A stretch of DNA of 64,000 nucleotides from a virus (Duplodnaviria; Caudoviricetes): the IMG/VR virus record IMGVR_UViG_3300024297_000001. One strand, written 5' to 3'. The translations under genes and the position numbers were made by a program. The notes beneath the pieces are model-generated. The model was given only the letters and a program-made list of their open reading frames with translations, had not been told where the DNA came from and made no database searches. Shown here piece by piece: positions 43,950-53,592 of this stretch. Each line of letters starts with the position of its first letter. Within the stretch, counting starts at the first letter, position 1.

Positions 43950-45718
43950 TGTACAATATCAATGTCGTTTGCGTAACTTGTAAATCCATTTTCTTTTACA
44001 ACCTTAAGTACGTTCTGTACACGACCTTGCAATTCATCCTTGTGCGATATTAGATAGATATTCTTTTTACGCTCTCTACCCATTTTCTTAAGTATTGCAA
44101 GACTTTGTTCAACACCAGCAGTATCCATACCACTGTCAATCAATTCATCAATGAACATCAAGTTAATATTTTGATATAAACTTTCCCATACATCACGGAA
44201 AGCAAAACTCATACCAAGTATAAGTCTATTACGTTCACCTCTACTCAAGTTGTCAAAGTCTAAGTCCTGTCCAAGTTGTGTAATTAGTACACTTAGATCG
44301 TTTTGGAATACAACACTGTGCGGCAATCCAATCTTATCTAAGTAATTTGTTAGTCTGTTGTTTAGATATGCAAGATTCTGTTCAATAATTTTCTTACGAA
44401 TAAAACTATCTTTGTTTGTTAATAGTTTGTACAAGAAGTCTTGATGTTCTTTCATAGAAGTTAAATCATTAACTGAATTCCAATCAACTTCTTGTATAGC
44501 ACTGTTCTTTAATTCTTCAATTTGATCAATGTAAGGATCTGATTCTGTTTCTTTTGCCTTTAGTGCTTGTTTTAAGTTATCAACATTGCTTCTGTGTTCA
44601 TATGCTTCTTTTGCAGTTTCATAAAACGTATTAGGTTTTACACTTTCTTCGCCTAACTCAGAAAGTTTAGTCTGTACCTTTTGAAACTTTGTATCAATCT
44701 CCATCAAGTAAGACATAGTGTCAGCATATTCTTCTTCTAATTTCTTTTGTATTTCATCAATTTTTTCATCAGGCAGATCTTGTCCACAAGCATGACACGT
44801 TGCTTCATCAAGATGCTCAAGTTCCTTGCTTGTTTTTGCAACCTGTCTATCTGTTTGCGATAATGCACTTTCAAGTGTTGCCTTTTCCTTAGTCAAGTTT
44901 CTTCTTGACGCATCAACTTCTTCCCACTTAGAAAGCAATTCATGATTAGAAAGTTCTTTTTCAATGTCTAAGTGTTCTAATTCATCAATACCTGTTTGTA
45001 AACGATCACAGTCTTTTGCATTTTGCGTTTTCCAAGCAGTACTTTTAATTTGCAAACTGTTAATAGTTTCGCCTATCTTATCATTACTTGTTTGTATAGC
45101 ATTAATACGTGCAGTTTCTTCCGTGATTGCATCACGTACTTCTTTTTGTTTGACTTTTAGTTCTTCTGCTTTTTCAGAAAGTATAGTAATACCAAGTAAC
45201 TGTTCAATGATAGCACGTTGATCGTTTGCTTTTAGACTTAAGAAAGGTTCTGTGTAAGTGTTTAACGCAACCAAGTGCTTAAACATCTCATGACTCATTT
45301 GTAGTAGTTCGCCAATGTCTGCTTGAGTCTTACGACTATCTCCTTGACTCATATCCTCAATGTCTTGTTCTTGCTCATCGATAAAGAACTTCAACAAGTT
45401 AGGACCACGTCCTCTTTCAATTCTATAATTTACTCCTGCCTTTTCAAAGTTAAGAGTAACTAACATACCTTTGCCGTTAGTTTTATTAATAAGGTTGTTG
45501 CGTTTAATATTTGTTAGTGCCACACCATATAACGCATAGCTCAATGCGTTAATGATTGTGGTCTTACCTGTACCGTTACGTGACCCACTGTCGTCACCAC
45601 CTTGATCCAAGTTTTCTCCAAGGACTAAGGTTAATTGTTTATTATTAAAGTTAACTGCTTGAGTCTGGTTACCCACACTCATAAAGTTCTTAACTGTTAG
45701 GTCTTTAATTAGTATCAT
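43946..45718 (-). CDS. gp46: Recombination endonuclease ATPase subunit (T4 gp46 / Rad50-SbcC-like)
   Basis: Walker A NGTGKTT, zinc hook CHAC, signature LSRGE, Walker B FIDELID, ISH. Confidence 0.95.
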   Translation of the reverse strand: MILIKDLTVKNFMSVGNQTQAVNFNNKQLTLVLGENLDQGGDDSGSRNGTGKTTIINALSYALYGVALTNIKRNNLINKTNGKGMLVTLNFEKAGVNYRIERGRGPNLLKFFIDEQEQDIEDMSQGDSRKTQADIGELLQMSHEMFKHLVALNTYTEPFLSLKANDQRAIIEQLLGITILSEKAEELKVKQKEVRDAITEETARINAIQTSNDKIGETINSLQIKSTAWKTQNAKDCDRLQTGIDELEHLDIEKELSNHELLSKWEEVDASRRNLTKEKATLESALSQTDRQVAKTSKELEHLDEATCHACGQDLPDEKIDEIQKKLEEEYADTMSYLMEIDTKFQKVQTKLSELGEESVKPNTFYETAKEAYEHRSNVDNLKQALKAKETESDPYIDQIEELKNSAIQEVDWNSVNDLTSMKEHQDFLYKLLTNKDSFIRKKIIEQNLAYLNNRLTNYLDKIGLPHSVVFQNDLSVLITQLGQDLDFDNLSRGERNRLILGMSFAFRDVWESLYQNINLMFIDELIDSGMDTAGVEQSLAILKKMGRERKKNIYLISHKDELQGRVQNVLKVVKENGFTSYANDIDIVQ

Positions 45719-45719
45719 T

Positions 45720-46724
45720 CTATAACTCGTTGTAAATGTTCAATAACGTTTGCTTATTATAGTTGTCTGAATCAATAGCATTAATTTCTTCTGCAACAAT
45801 TTGATCTACACTTTCAAACTTTGTAATATCAATATCACTGTTTATTTCGTCATCTTGTTGACTTGGAATTAATGTAAGTTCTCTACAACTGTAGTTTCTC
45901 ATAAATTCTTCTTTAATAAAACTTGCTTCTTCATAACTAATTGGAATATCAAGTGTAACTCTAAGATACATTTTACTTTTTAATAGTGTATCTTTTTGAT
46001 CAATTAGTTGACTCAGTTTTACTGTTCTATACTTAGGACAATCTTCCCAATCAAGATACTGTGGCTCTCCGCCATGTTCTAATATCATCATACCACGTTT
46101 ATCGTCCCATGCATCTGCATAGTTGTGCGGAAACGCATTTCCGATATATGTTACATTACCTTGTGTTTGTCTTTTATGAAAGTGTCCACTAAACACATAC
46201 TCTTGATGTACAAAATGTTTAGATTGTAATTCGCCTGTGTCAGGCATCTGTACCATTGCGTTCATGTAAAAGTTTGGAAGTTCAAAGTGTCCAAACATAT
46301 ATTTTGTTTCAATCTTAGGAATCTTTTTCCATTCTTCACCAACAAGCCACGGCACCATTGTGCTATCGCCTATTGTTGTAATTTCATCAATCACAGTTAC
46401 ACCGTCGATGTGTTTTGCAAATTCTACACTCTGGATATCTCTTTTGTCTTTGTAATATAAGTCGTGGTTACCAGGAAAGTAAAAGAACTGTTCAAATGCT
46501 TTACCGAGTTTTTCAAGACAACGGATTGAATAATCCATTGTAACAATGTTTAGACTATTTCTATTGTGATGCCAGTCACCCATAAAGATACCTGTTTCAC
46601 AACCTTCTTCTTTTGCCTTGGCAATATACCAATCTACAAAATCTTCACAGTCTTGATTATGAGCCACTGAATTGGACTTTAGTCCAAAGTGGATATCCGT
46701 GAATACTGCACATTTTTTAAACAA
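45720..46724 (-). CDS. gp47: Recombination endonuclease nuclease subunit (T4 gp47 / Mre11-SbcD-like)
   Basis: DIHFG, GDWHH, GNHD, GHFE, SGHFH metallophosphoesterase motifs; TTG start. Confidence 0.95.
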   Translation of the reverse strand: MFKKCAVFTDIHFGLKSNSVAHNQDCEDFVDWYIAKAKEEGCETGIFMGDWHHNRNSLNIVTMDYSIRCLEKLGKAFEQFFYFPGNHDLYYKDKRDIQSVEFAKHIDGVTVIDEITTIGDSTMVPWLVGEEWKKIPKIETKYMFGHFELPNFYMNAMVQMPDTGELQSKHFVHQEYVFSGHFHKRQTQGNVTYIGNAFPHNYADAWDDKRGMMILEHGGEPQYLDWEDCPKYRTVKLSQLIDQKDTLLKSKMYLRVTLDIPISYEEASFIKEEFMRNYSCRELTLIPSQQDDEINSDIDITKFESVDQIVAEEINAIDSDNYNKQTLLNIYNEL

Positions 46725-46755
46725 AATATATCCTTCTAATTACTATACTCTTTAT

Positions 46756-46784
46756 ATTGTACTGCATTTGTTAAGCAAAGTCAA
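46756..46784 (-). promoter_or_regulatory. Sigma70-type promoter for gp47-gp46
   Basis: TTGACT (46784-46779), 17 nt, TACAAT (46761-46756). Confidence 0.75.
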
Positions 46785-46794
46785 CCTTAATTGG

Positions 46795-47688
46795 CTACCT
46801 TGGTGCTTTGGCTTTGACTGTTGGTGGAACAAAAGATTTCTTAGATGCTTTTTCGGCTTCTTGCTTTGCCATAAGTTTTCTTTGGTCTTCAACTTGTCTC
46901 TCCCATTCGCCCTGTTGCTGTCTTGTAAAGGACGGAGTCATATCATTCATTTCTAAAATATCATCTCTAATATTTTGATTGCGTTTTTCGATATTAATAA
47001 CTCTAACAAATGAATTAGTTACTGCCGCAGTATAATATGCAAACGGATTTTGTGATTTACTTTCATCAAACTGCAATCCAATCTGTGTTAATTGTAAGAT
47101 TGCTTGTCCACGCATTTCATCATTATAAGTGTAACCACGTACATTACCACGTGTTGCATATCTATCACATAACTTCATCCACATACGAGCAAGTTTTTCT
47201 GTAGTCTTGCCATGCTTCAAACTAAAGTTACCGTTAGACATACCGCCTTCCCAATGTGATTTACCTACAACTTGTAGTTCATCATTTTCATCAAACTTGT
47301 AATGTTGGAATGGTGGAAAGTTTAATTTAACTCTTGTGTCTGCTACTGTCTTTGGATTCTTTTTACGACCCTTTTCTTCTGGAATATGATCAAATGTCAT
47401 AATACGGAAGATTAGTTCTTCTTTTGTAATTTTTCTGTAATCAATAGCACATTCGGCTTGTTTTACTTTTTCACCGTTTGCCTTACGTGCTTCATAGTCT
47501 GCTGTACCTAATTTTTTTGCTTTGTTCCTTTTTGCTTCTGCTATAGTTCTTACGTTAATTTTGTCAATACTTGGTAGAATAATATCAAAGTCAGCATACG
47601 TGTCGTCTGTATAACTACAATACGTGCTTTTTGACTTATGTATTTCCTTTAACAAGTCCTTATTGTTTAAATAATTTACTTTTTTCAA
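46795..47688 (-). CDS. gp55: Late-transcription sigma factor (T4 gp55-like)
   Basis: NYLNNKDLL..I, YTYNDEM...A, F...KSQNPFAYYT....NSF.R.I..EK; adjacent to gp47/gp46; TTG start with SD AGGAG. Confidence 0.85.
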   Translation of the reverse strand: MKKVNYLNNKDLLKEIHKSKSTYCSYTDDTYADFDIILPSIDKINVRTIAEAKRNKAKKLGTADYEARKANGEKVKQAECAIDYRKITKEELIFRIMTFDHIPEEKGRKKNPKTVADTRVKLNFPPFQHYKFDENDELQVVGKSHWEGGMSNGNFSLKHGKTTEKLARMWMKLCDRYATRGNVRGYTYNDEMRGQAILQLTQIGLQFDESKSQNPFAYYTAAVTNSFVRVINIEKRNQNIRDDILEMNDMTPSFTRQQQGEWERQVEDQRKLMAKQEAEKASKKSFVPPTVKAKAPR

Positions 47689-47711
47689 TGAATTCTCCTA
47701 TTTGAACTCTT

Positions 47712-47746
47712 ATTATAAACTACTCTGATAAAAAAGTCAATAAATA
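47712..47746. promoter_or_regulatory. Back-to-back promoters: sigma70-type (-) for gp55 and late-type (+) for the baseplate operon
   Basis: Minus: TTGACT (47740-47735), 17 nt, TATAAT (47717-47712). Plus: ATAAATA at 47740-47746. Confidence 0.75.
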
Positions 47747-47772
47747 CTTTATAGTTAGGACACCAAAATAAT

Positions 47773-48618
47773 ATGAGCGTTGATAATAAGAAAGATGGAA
47801 ATATAGTCAATACAGCCGTGAACTTGGCTCGTGACAGTGTACAAAGTTTTAAAGACTCTGCTGAAGGGTTTATGAAAGGTATACGTTCACGAACAATTCC
47901 AGTTGATGGGGAAGCCGATGACCAAATATCGGTTAGTAGTGCTAAATGGGCGACAGACCCAAATGGTAAAGATTGGCGTGTAAAATTAAGTATTCCTAAC
48001 ATTCCTTCTTTTCAAAAAAGTTCACTGCTTAAACCGTTAGTTGACACAGGCGGTCTTGCGTTTCCATATACACCAACAATTATTATGAGTCATGCCGCAT
48101 CTTATAGTGCTATAACCCCTGTACATAGTAATTATCCGTTCTTTGCGTACCAGAACTCACAAGTGGACGCAATGACACTAACAGGTCAGTTTTATGCTCA
48201 AAACTCTACAGAAGGTATGTATTGGCTTGGTGCATTACATTATTTGAGATCAATTACAAAAATGTTTTACGGTGAAGGTTCTAATCAAGGTGCTCCACCT
48301 CCAGTAGTAAAATTAAATGGTTATGGAGATTATGTATTCAAAGATGTTCCTGTGATCGTAACAAACTTTACACTTGATATGCCTACTGATGTTGACTACA
48401 TTGCAGTTGATATGGCAGACCTTGGAGAAAAATATGAAGACGACGAAGCCGAAGAGCAGTATTCTACAACAGACGGTGAAAAATCATATGTTCCAACAGA
48501 GAGTCAGATGACGGTAACCATACAACCAATCTACTCAAGAGCACTTGTTGAGAAATTTAGTTTAGACAAATTTGCTAAAGGCGGATACCTTGGCTCAAAC
48601 AATAAAGGATTTATCTAA
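47773..48618 (+). CDS. Baseplate tail-tube initiator-like protein (gp48/gp54-type tube fold)
   Basis: FPYTPTI...GAPPPVVKL.GYG...FKDVPVIVTNF; first gene of the baseplate operon. Confidence 0.6.
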   Translation: MSVDNKKDGNIVNTAVNLARDSVQSFKDSAEGFMKGIRSRTIPVDGEADDQISVSSAKWATDPNGKDWRVKLSIPNIPSFQKSSLLKPLVDTGGLAFPYTPTIIMSHAASYSAITPVHSNYPFFAYQNSQVDAMTLTGQFYAQNSTEGMYWLGALHYLRSITKMFYGEGSNQGAPPPVVKLNGYGDYVFKDVPVIVTNFTLDMPTDVDYIAVDMADLGEKYEDDEAEEQYSTTDGEKSYVPTESQMTVTIQPIYSRALVEKFSLDKFAKGGYLGSNNKGFI

Positions 48619-48917
48619 TGGCAGTTACAAGTTCACCTTGGGGTAAAACAGGAATTAATAGAAGTGGAAAATATTTAAACATTCTAAATATTAGACCAGT
48701 GCCAGCAGATCCAGATGATGTGGTGTATGAAATACAATCACAGTATCATCAACGTCCGGACTTACTTGCATATGACATGTATGGTAATCCAAAGTTGTGG
48801 TGGGTTTATGCACAACGTAACATGGACATTCTAAAAGATCCAGTATTTGATTTTAGAGTTGGTACTGAGATACGTGTTCCAAAGGGTAGTAGATTACGAA
48901 CGTTGTTAGGGATTTAA
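48618..48917 (+). CDS. gp53: LysM-like baseplate wedge protein (T4 gp53-like)
   Basis: RPDLLAYDMYGNPKLWWV...N..I..P..DF..G..I.VP. Confidence 0.7.
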   Translation: MAVTSSPWGKTGINRSGKYLNILNIRPVPADPDDVVYEIQSQYHQRPDLLAYDMYGNPKLWWVYAQRNMDILKDPVFDFRVGTEIRVPKGSRLRTLLGI

Positions 48918-48920
48918 TCC

Positions 48921-51551
48921 ATGGCTAAACCAACAGCACCTCCAGGTAAAGACGCAACCGCGTTAATGAAGGAATACACAGCAGAGAACAAAGACGAACT
49001 CAATGCCAATGCGGCAGGTTCATCTGAGAATGAAGGCACGGAAGTAATTCAAGATACAAATGTTGATACCAATGCTTCATCAACTGACACCACTAAAGAT
49101 AAAGAAAAAGAAAATACTGCAACATCTAATCCCGACAATGATGCAATGAATAACAGGGCGAAGTATGCCACAGCAGACAAATACACTGCAAGAACAGCGG
49201 ATGGTAGAACTTTACAATTACCATTGCACAATTCATTAAGAAACTATTCAAGTTTTAATTACAAGATTGGTTTGTATGCATTAACCAATGACGAACTTAA
49301 TAATCCTGATGAATCATACAAAATTAAAAAACCTCAATTTGCTATTTTACAAAGTGGCGGTGGATTAGGCGCCAAAAAAGTTTTAACAGCATATGAAACT
49401 GCAAACAAAAAAGCAGAATACTTTATTAATGCATTAGAGATCGAAACAGTTATTGCACCTACACGTAAAAAAGGTTCAACTAATGCTGTAGGTTTTAGAC
49501 TTGAAATTACAGAACCTTACAGCATGGGATTGTTTTTACAAACATTGCAAATGGCGTCATACCAAGCAGGACATGAAAACTATTTAGAATCTCCGTTCTT
49601 GCTTACTATTGATTTTATAGGATACGACGATAACGGAAAAGTTTATGTGGTTCCTGAAGCATCTAAAAATATGCCATTTAAACTTGTTGGTAGTGATTTA
49701 AGTGTAACAGCAGGAGGAAGTTCTTATGTTGTTGAAGGTGTTGCATATAACGAAGGTGCATTAATGGATGAAACACAGCGTATTCCAGTTGATGTTACAC
49801 TAATGGGTAGAACGTTAGAAGAAATGTTACAAAGTAACATAAAAAGTTTATCCAATGAACTTAACAAACACGAAGGTAAAAAAGCACAAGACAAACAAGT
49901 TTATACAGCAGATCAATATTTTGTAGTATTTCCAAAAGAACGTGCAAGTAAAGGAAAATTAAGCAGTAGCGGCGCCGCTGGCCAAAGTGCCACTGATGCA
50001 GGTAACGACTCAGAATCAATAGGTGTAACAACAACTTCAAAAGGAAAAACTGCGGCACAAGAAGCAAGTCTTGACGAACTATATGCACAGGTTGCCGCGA
50101 TGGGTGATGTCAACGTAGATGAAGCGGTATTTGAAGCATGGGTTGAGCAAGTTAAAAGTTTAATTACACAAACAGCACTTGGCGAAGAAATCAAAGCAAA
50201 GCAAACAGGCGAAAGTAATAGTAATGTAATAGGACTTTCGAAAATGTTTGCTCTTGAAAAACTTGGTACAAACAATCAACCGTTTGGTGATGCGTCATTT
50301 ACATATGACAAGGATAAAAAAGTTTGGCACAGAGCAAACGGACAATTACAAATTGATCCAGGACTTGGTGCAATTAAATTTATTCAAGGAACAAGGATAC
50401 AGGATATTATTGAAGAACTTGTAATCCTAAGCGAATACGGTAGAAACATTATTAGTGCACCAGCAGAAAAAGGTATGCGTCCTTGGTTTAAAATTGATAC
50501 ACAAGTTTTTAATATCACAGATAGAAAAACAGAAAAGAAATTAGGTAGACCTCCAAGAATTTATGTGTTTAGAATTTTACCATACATGGTACACGAAAGT
50601 AAATTTATTGCACCAGACGAAACACCATACGGTCTAAGAGAACTTAAAAAACAATGTGTAAAACGTTACAATTACATTTACAGTGGCGCAAACGAAGATA
50701 TATTAGATCTTGAAATTAATCTTGATAACACATTCTTTAAAAGCATGAGTCCAGGTACACTGCCAAAGAATAACTTGGCAGACGGTTCTAAAGAAGGAGA
50801 AGATCCAAAACAAAAAATTAAAGCAACAGCAGTAAACAATGATTCGCAGGTTAGCAACAAAGCAGGAATAGTACAAAAGAACAATGCCAAAGCCGCAGGT
50901 GCGGTTAGTCTTGATGACATGCAGGTTGAAATTGCACGTAGATTTAATGAAGCAATCGTAAACAGTGATGCTGACTTGCTAACACTTGACATGACAATCA
51001 TGGGCGATCCTTATTATATTGCTGACAGTGGTGTAGGTAACTATAACTCAGAGAACACACAATATATTAACATTGATGCAGACGGCACGATAGATTACCA
51101 ATACGGTGAAGTGGATGTTGAAGTATTATTTAGAACACCAATAGATTATAGAGAAAACGGTATCATGGGATTCCCTAATGATACTGTGCCAGTTGATTTC
51201 TTTAGCGGATTATATATGGTAATTACTGTTAAGAACGAGTTTGCTTCAGGGGAATTTAAACAAACACTTGAACTTGTAAGACGTCCGCAACAGTCACCTA
51301 AGCCAACAGCACAGGCAGGTGAAAAAGGCAACCAAGAAATTGTTGATGAGAAAGCAGACGTAAACAAACAGGATGATGTAAAAAATTCTGGTATAGGCGG
51401 CGAGGACGACGCGGCGGCGAACCAGGCGGCATTTGAAAAGAATATTGCAGATGCAGAAGCCGCAGACGCCGCAGAAGCAAAAGCAAAAAATCAAAAAGAC
51501 GTTAATAACAGATTAGCGGCTCGTAACCAAGGTGCAAACATAGGATTTTAA
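48921..51551 (+). CDS. Baseplate hub protein (gp27/late-control-D-like)
   Basis: 876 aa between the LysM-like and spike genes; L..D.TI.GDP and FFSGLY.V..V.N.F..G.F.Q.L.L.R motifs. Confidence 0.6.
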   Translation: MAKPTAPPGKDATALMKEYTAENKDELNANAAGSSENEGTEVIQDTNVDTNASSTDTTKDKEKENTATSNPDNDAMNNRAKYATADKYTARTADGRTLQLPLHNSLRNYSSFNYKIGLYALTNDELNNPDESYKIKKPQFAILQSGGGLGAKKVLTAYETANKKAEYFINALEIETVIAPTRKKGSTNAVGFRLEITEPYSMGLFLQTLQMASYQAGHENYLESPFLLTIDFIGYDDNGKVYVVPEASKNMPFKLVGSDLSVTAGGSSYVVEGVAYNEGALMDETQRIPVDVTLMGRTLEEMLQSNIKSLSNELNKHEGKKAQDKQVYTADQYFVVFPKERASKGKLSSSGAAGQSATDAGNDSESIGVTTTSKGKTAAQEASLDELYAQVAAMGDVNVDEAVFEAWVEQVKSLITQTALGEEIKAKQTGESNSNVIGLSKMFALEKLGTNNQPFGDASFTYDKDKKVWHRANGQLQIDPGLGAIKFIQGTRIQDIIEELVILSEYGRNIISAPAEKGMRPWFKIDTQVFNITDRKTEKKLGRPPRIYVFRILPYMVHESKFIAPDETPYGLRELKKQCVKRYNYIYSGANEDILDLEINLDNTFFKSMSPGTLPKNNLADGSKEGEDPKQKIKATAVNNDSQVSNKAGIVQKNNAKAAGAVSLDDMQVEIARRFNEAIVNSDADLLTLDMTIMGDPYYIADSGVGNYNSENTQYINIDADGTIDYQYGEVDVEVLFRTPIDYRENGIMGFPNDTVPVDFFSGLYMVITVKNEFASGEFKQTLELVRRPQQSPKPTAQAGEKGNQEIVDEKADVNKQDDVKNSGIGGEDDAAANQAAFEKNIADAEAADAAEAKAKNQKDVNNRLAARNQGANIGF

Positions 51552-53081
51552 ATGGCTAACGAAAAAAGAACGGTAGGACAAGAAGCATTAATGGACGCAG
51601 GTCCATACGTTGGACGTGTGGTTGGCCATCTTGATCCAAACTATATGGGTGCATTGGAAGTACAACTGCTCAAAGGCACAACAGGTAACAATGACGACAG
51701 TGAAGGTCAAACGTTCAAGGTAAGTTATGCAAGTCCATTCTGGGGACAAACACCAGTTAATGGTATCAGTGCAAACACAGACTTTGCATACACACAATCC
51801 GCTTATGGTATGTGGATGACACCGCCGGACGTTGGCAGTAGAGTAATTGTTGTGTTTGCGGAAGGCGCGGCCAACATGGGTTTCTGGATTGGTTGTATAC
51901 CTGACAACTATGTTAACCTAAACGTACCAGACAAGGTTGCATCAACTTTCTTTACAGGTAGTCCCAAAGGCGAAGGTGCCAAGGAAGCCAAGAAGCGTAC
52001 TGGTAAGGTTGTTGTTGGAGAAATTAACAAAAAGAATCTCGCAGACAACAAAGGTAACGACCCTACAAAATTTAAAAAGCCTATCAATGAAGAATGGATG
52101 GACTTACTGCACAAAGCAGGACTTGCCTCAGATGGCACAAGAGCATTAACAACAAGCAGTGCAAGGCGTGAACTGCCAAGCATGGTGTTTGGTATAAACA
52201 CACCTGGACCTTATGACAAGCGTCCTGGTAGTCCTAAAGCAGGATACGGACCGGGCGGTACAGCGGCACAGGTTCCTTTCAATAGACTTGGCGGCACTGT
52301 GTTTGTAATGGACGACGGAGATGACAAGATTTTACGTAAAGGTCCGGCGTCAACTACAAAGAAAGAATATGTCAATGTTGAAAAGGGTGAAAAGGGTGGA
52401 GATGTAACGCTACCACACAACGAACTTATGCGTATCAGAACACGCACAGGACATCAAATATTATTCCATAACACGGAAGACTTGGTACGTATAGATCATG
52501 GCAGTGGTAACAGTTGGATAGAAATGACTGCTAATGGTAAAATTGATGTGTATTCAAAAGACAGTATTAGTATGCACACTGAAAACGATTTCAATCTGAC
52601 AGCGGATAGAGACATTAACCTAAACGCAGGACGCAACTTTAACGTGTTATCAAAAGAAGACATACAAGTTGAAACTAATGCAAACATGACAACATACGTT
52701 GCAATGAACAATCAAGTTACAACACTGTTAGATTATGATGTAAACACAACTGGAGCAAACAAGTTTACAGCAGGAGGCACAACGGACATCAACTCAGGAG
52801 GCAACCATACAGAAACTGCTCCACAGATCCATATGAATGGACCGCAGGCGGCCACCGCTACCGCAGTAACTCCGTTATACACACACGTCTTGCCCGGCGC
52901 TACCGCTACCGCTACAACTTCGTTGCATCGACGCTTGCCACAGCATGAGCCGTGGTCACATCACGAAAACGTTGACCCTGAAGTGTATACACCAATTAAA
53001 ACTGATAGGAACCTTGAATTAATAATGACGTCAGCATTTGATTATGATAATGCTCCAGATACGTTCAAGAAAGGTGTATAA
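51552..53081 (+). CDS. gp5: Baseplate central spike (gp5/VgrG-like, OB domain plus beta-helix, no lysozyme domain)
   Basis: GRV....DP..MG.L.V, YGMW..PPDVG..V.V.F, RIRTRTGHQI, SWIEMTANGKIDVY. Confidence 0.75.
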   Translation: MANEKRTVGQEALMDAGPYVGRVVGHLDPNYMGALEVQLLKGTTGNNDDSEGQTFKVSYASPFWGQTPVNGISANTDFAYTQSAYGMWMTPPDVGSRVIVVFAEGAANMGFWIGCIPDNYVNLNVPDKVASTFFTGSPKGEGAKEAKKRTGKVVVGEINKKNLADNKGNDPTKFKKPINEEWMDLLHKAGLASDGTRALTTSSARRELPSMVFGINTPGPYDKRPGSPKAGYGPGGTAAQVPFNRLGGTVFVMDDGDDKILRKGPASTTKKEYVNVEKGEKGGDVTLPHNELMRIRTRTGHQILFHNTEDLVRIDHGSGNSWIEMTANGKIDVYSKDSISMHTENDFNLTADRDINLNAGRNFNVLSKEDIQVETNANMTTYVAMNNQVTTLLDYDVNTTGANKFTAGGTTDINSGGNHTETAPQIHMNGPQAATATAVTPLYTHVLPGATATATTSLHRRLPQHEPWSHHENVDPEVYTPIKTDRNLELIMTSAFDYDNAPDTFKKGV

Positions 53082-53089
53082 ATATTGAT

Positions 53090-53536
53090 ATGAGCAGTTT
53101 AGAAAAAAATACAGTAAGAAATGTTAAAGTATCATCAAACGTCAAAGAAAGACCTCCTGTAAAAAGCAGAGCATACAAAGGTCTTAGCACAGTCAATTCT
53201 GACAATACTTCTTATGCATTGTATGACATTGGCTTGATTAAACAAGATTTACTGAATCACTTTCATATTAGACAAGGCGAAAAACTTGAAAATCCTGAGT
53301 TTGGGACTATCATTTGGGACGTTTTGTTTGAGCCTATGACTGATTCATTAAAAGAAGCAATTATAAACAATGTAACAGAGATTGTAAACGGTGATCCAAG
53401 AGTAACTGCATCCGCAATAGTTGTTGACCAGTATGAAAGTGGTATTCAAATTGAGTGCGAACTTACGTACTTGCCATACAACATATCTGAGAAACTGAAG
53501 TTTGAATTCGATCAGAACTCAGGCTTTGGCGTGTAA
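53090..53536 (+). CDS. gp25: Baseplate wedge protein (T4 gp25-like)
   Basis: IKQDLLNHF.IRQGEKLENPEFG..IWD.LFEP...DPRV. Confidence 0.85.
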   Translation: MSSLEKNTVRNVKVSSNVKERPPVKSRAYKGLSTVNSDNTSYALYDIGLIKQDLLNHFHIRQGEKLENPEFGTIIWDVLFEPMTDSLKEAIINNVTEIVNGDPRVTASAIVVDQYESGIQIECELTYLPYNISEKLKFEFDQNSGFGV

Positions 53537-53592
53537 CAGAATTAAGTACTCAGATATCTCGTTTAAATAAATACATTGTAAGAGGAAAATAG

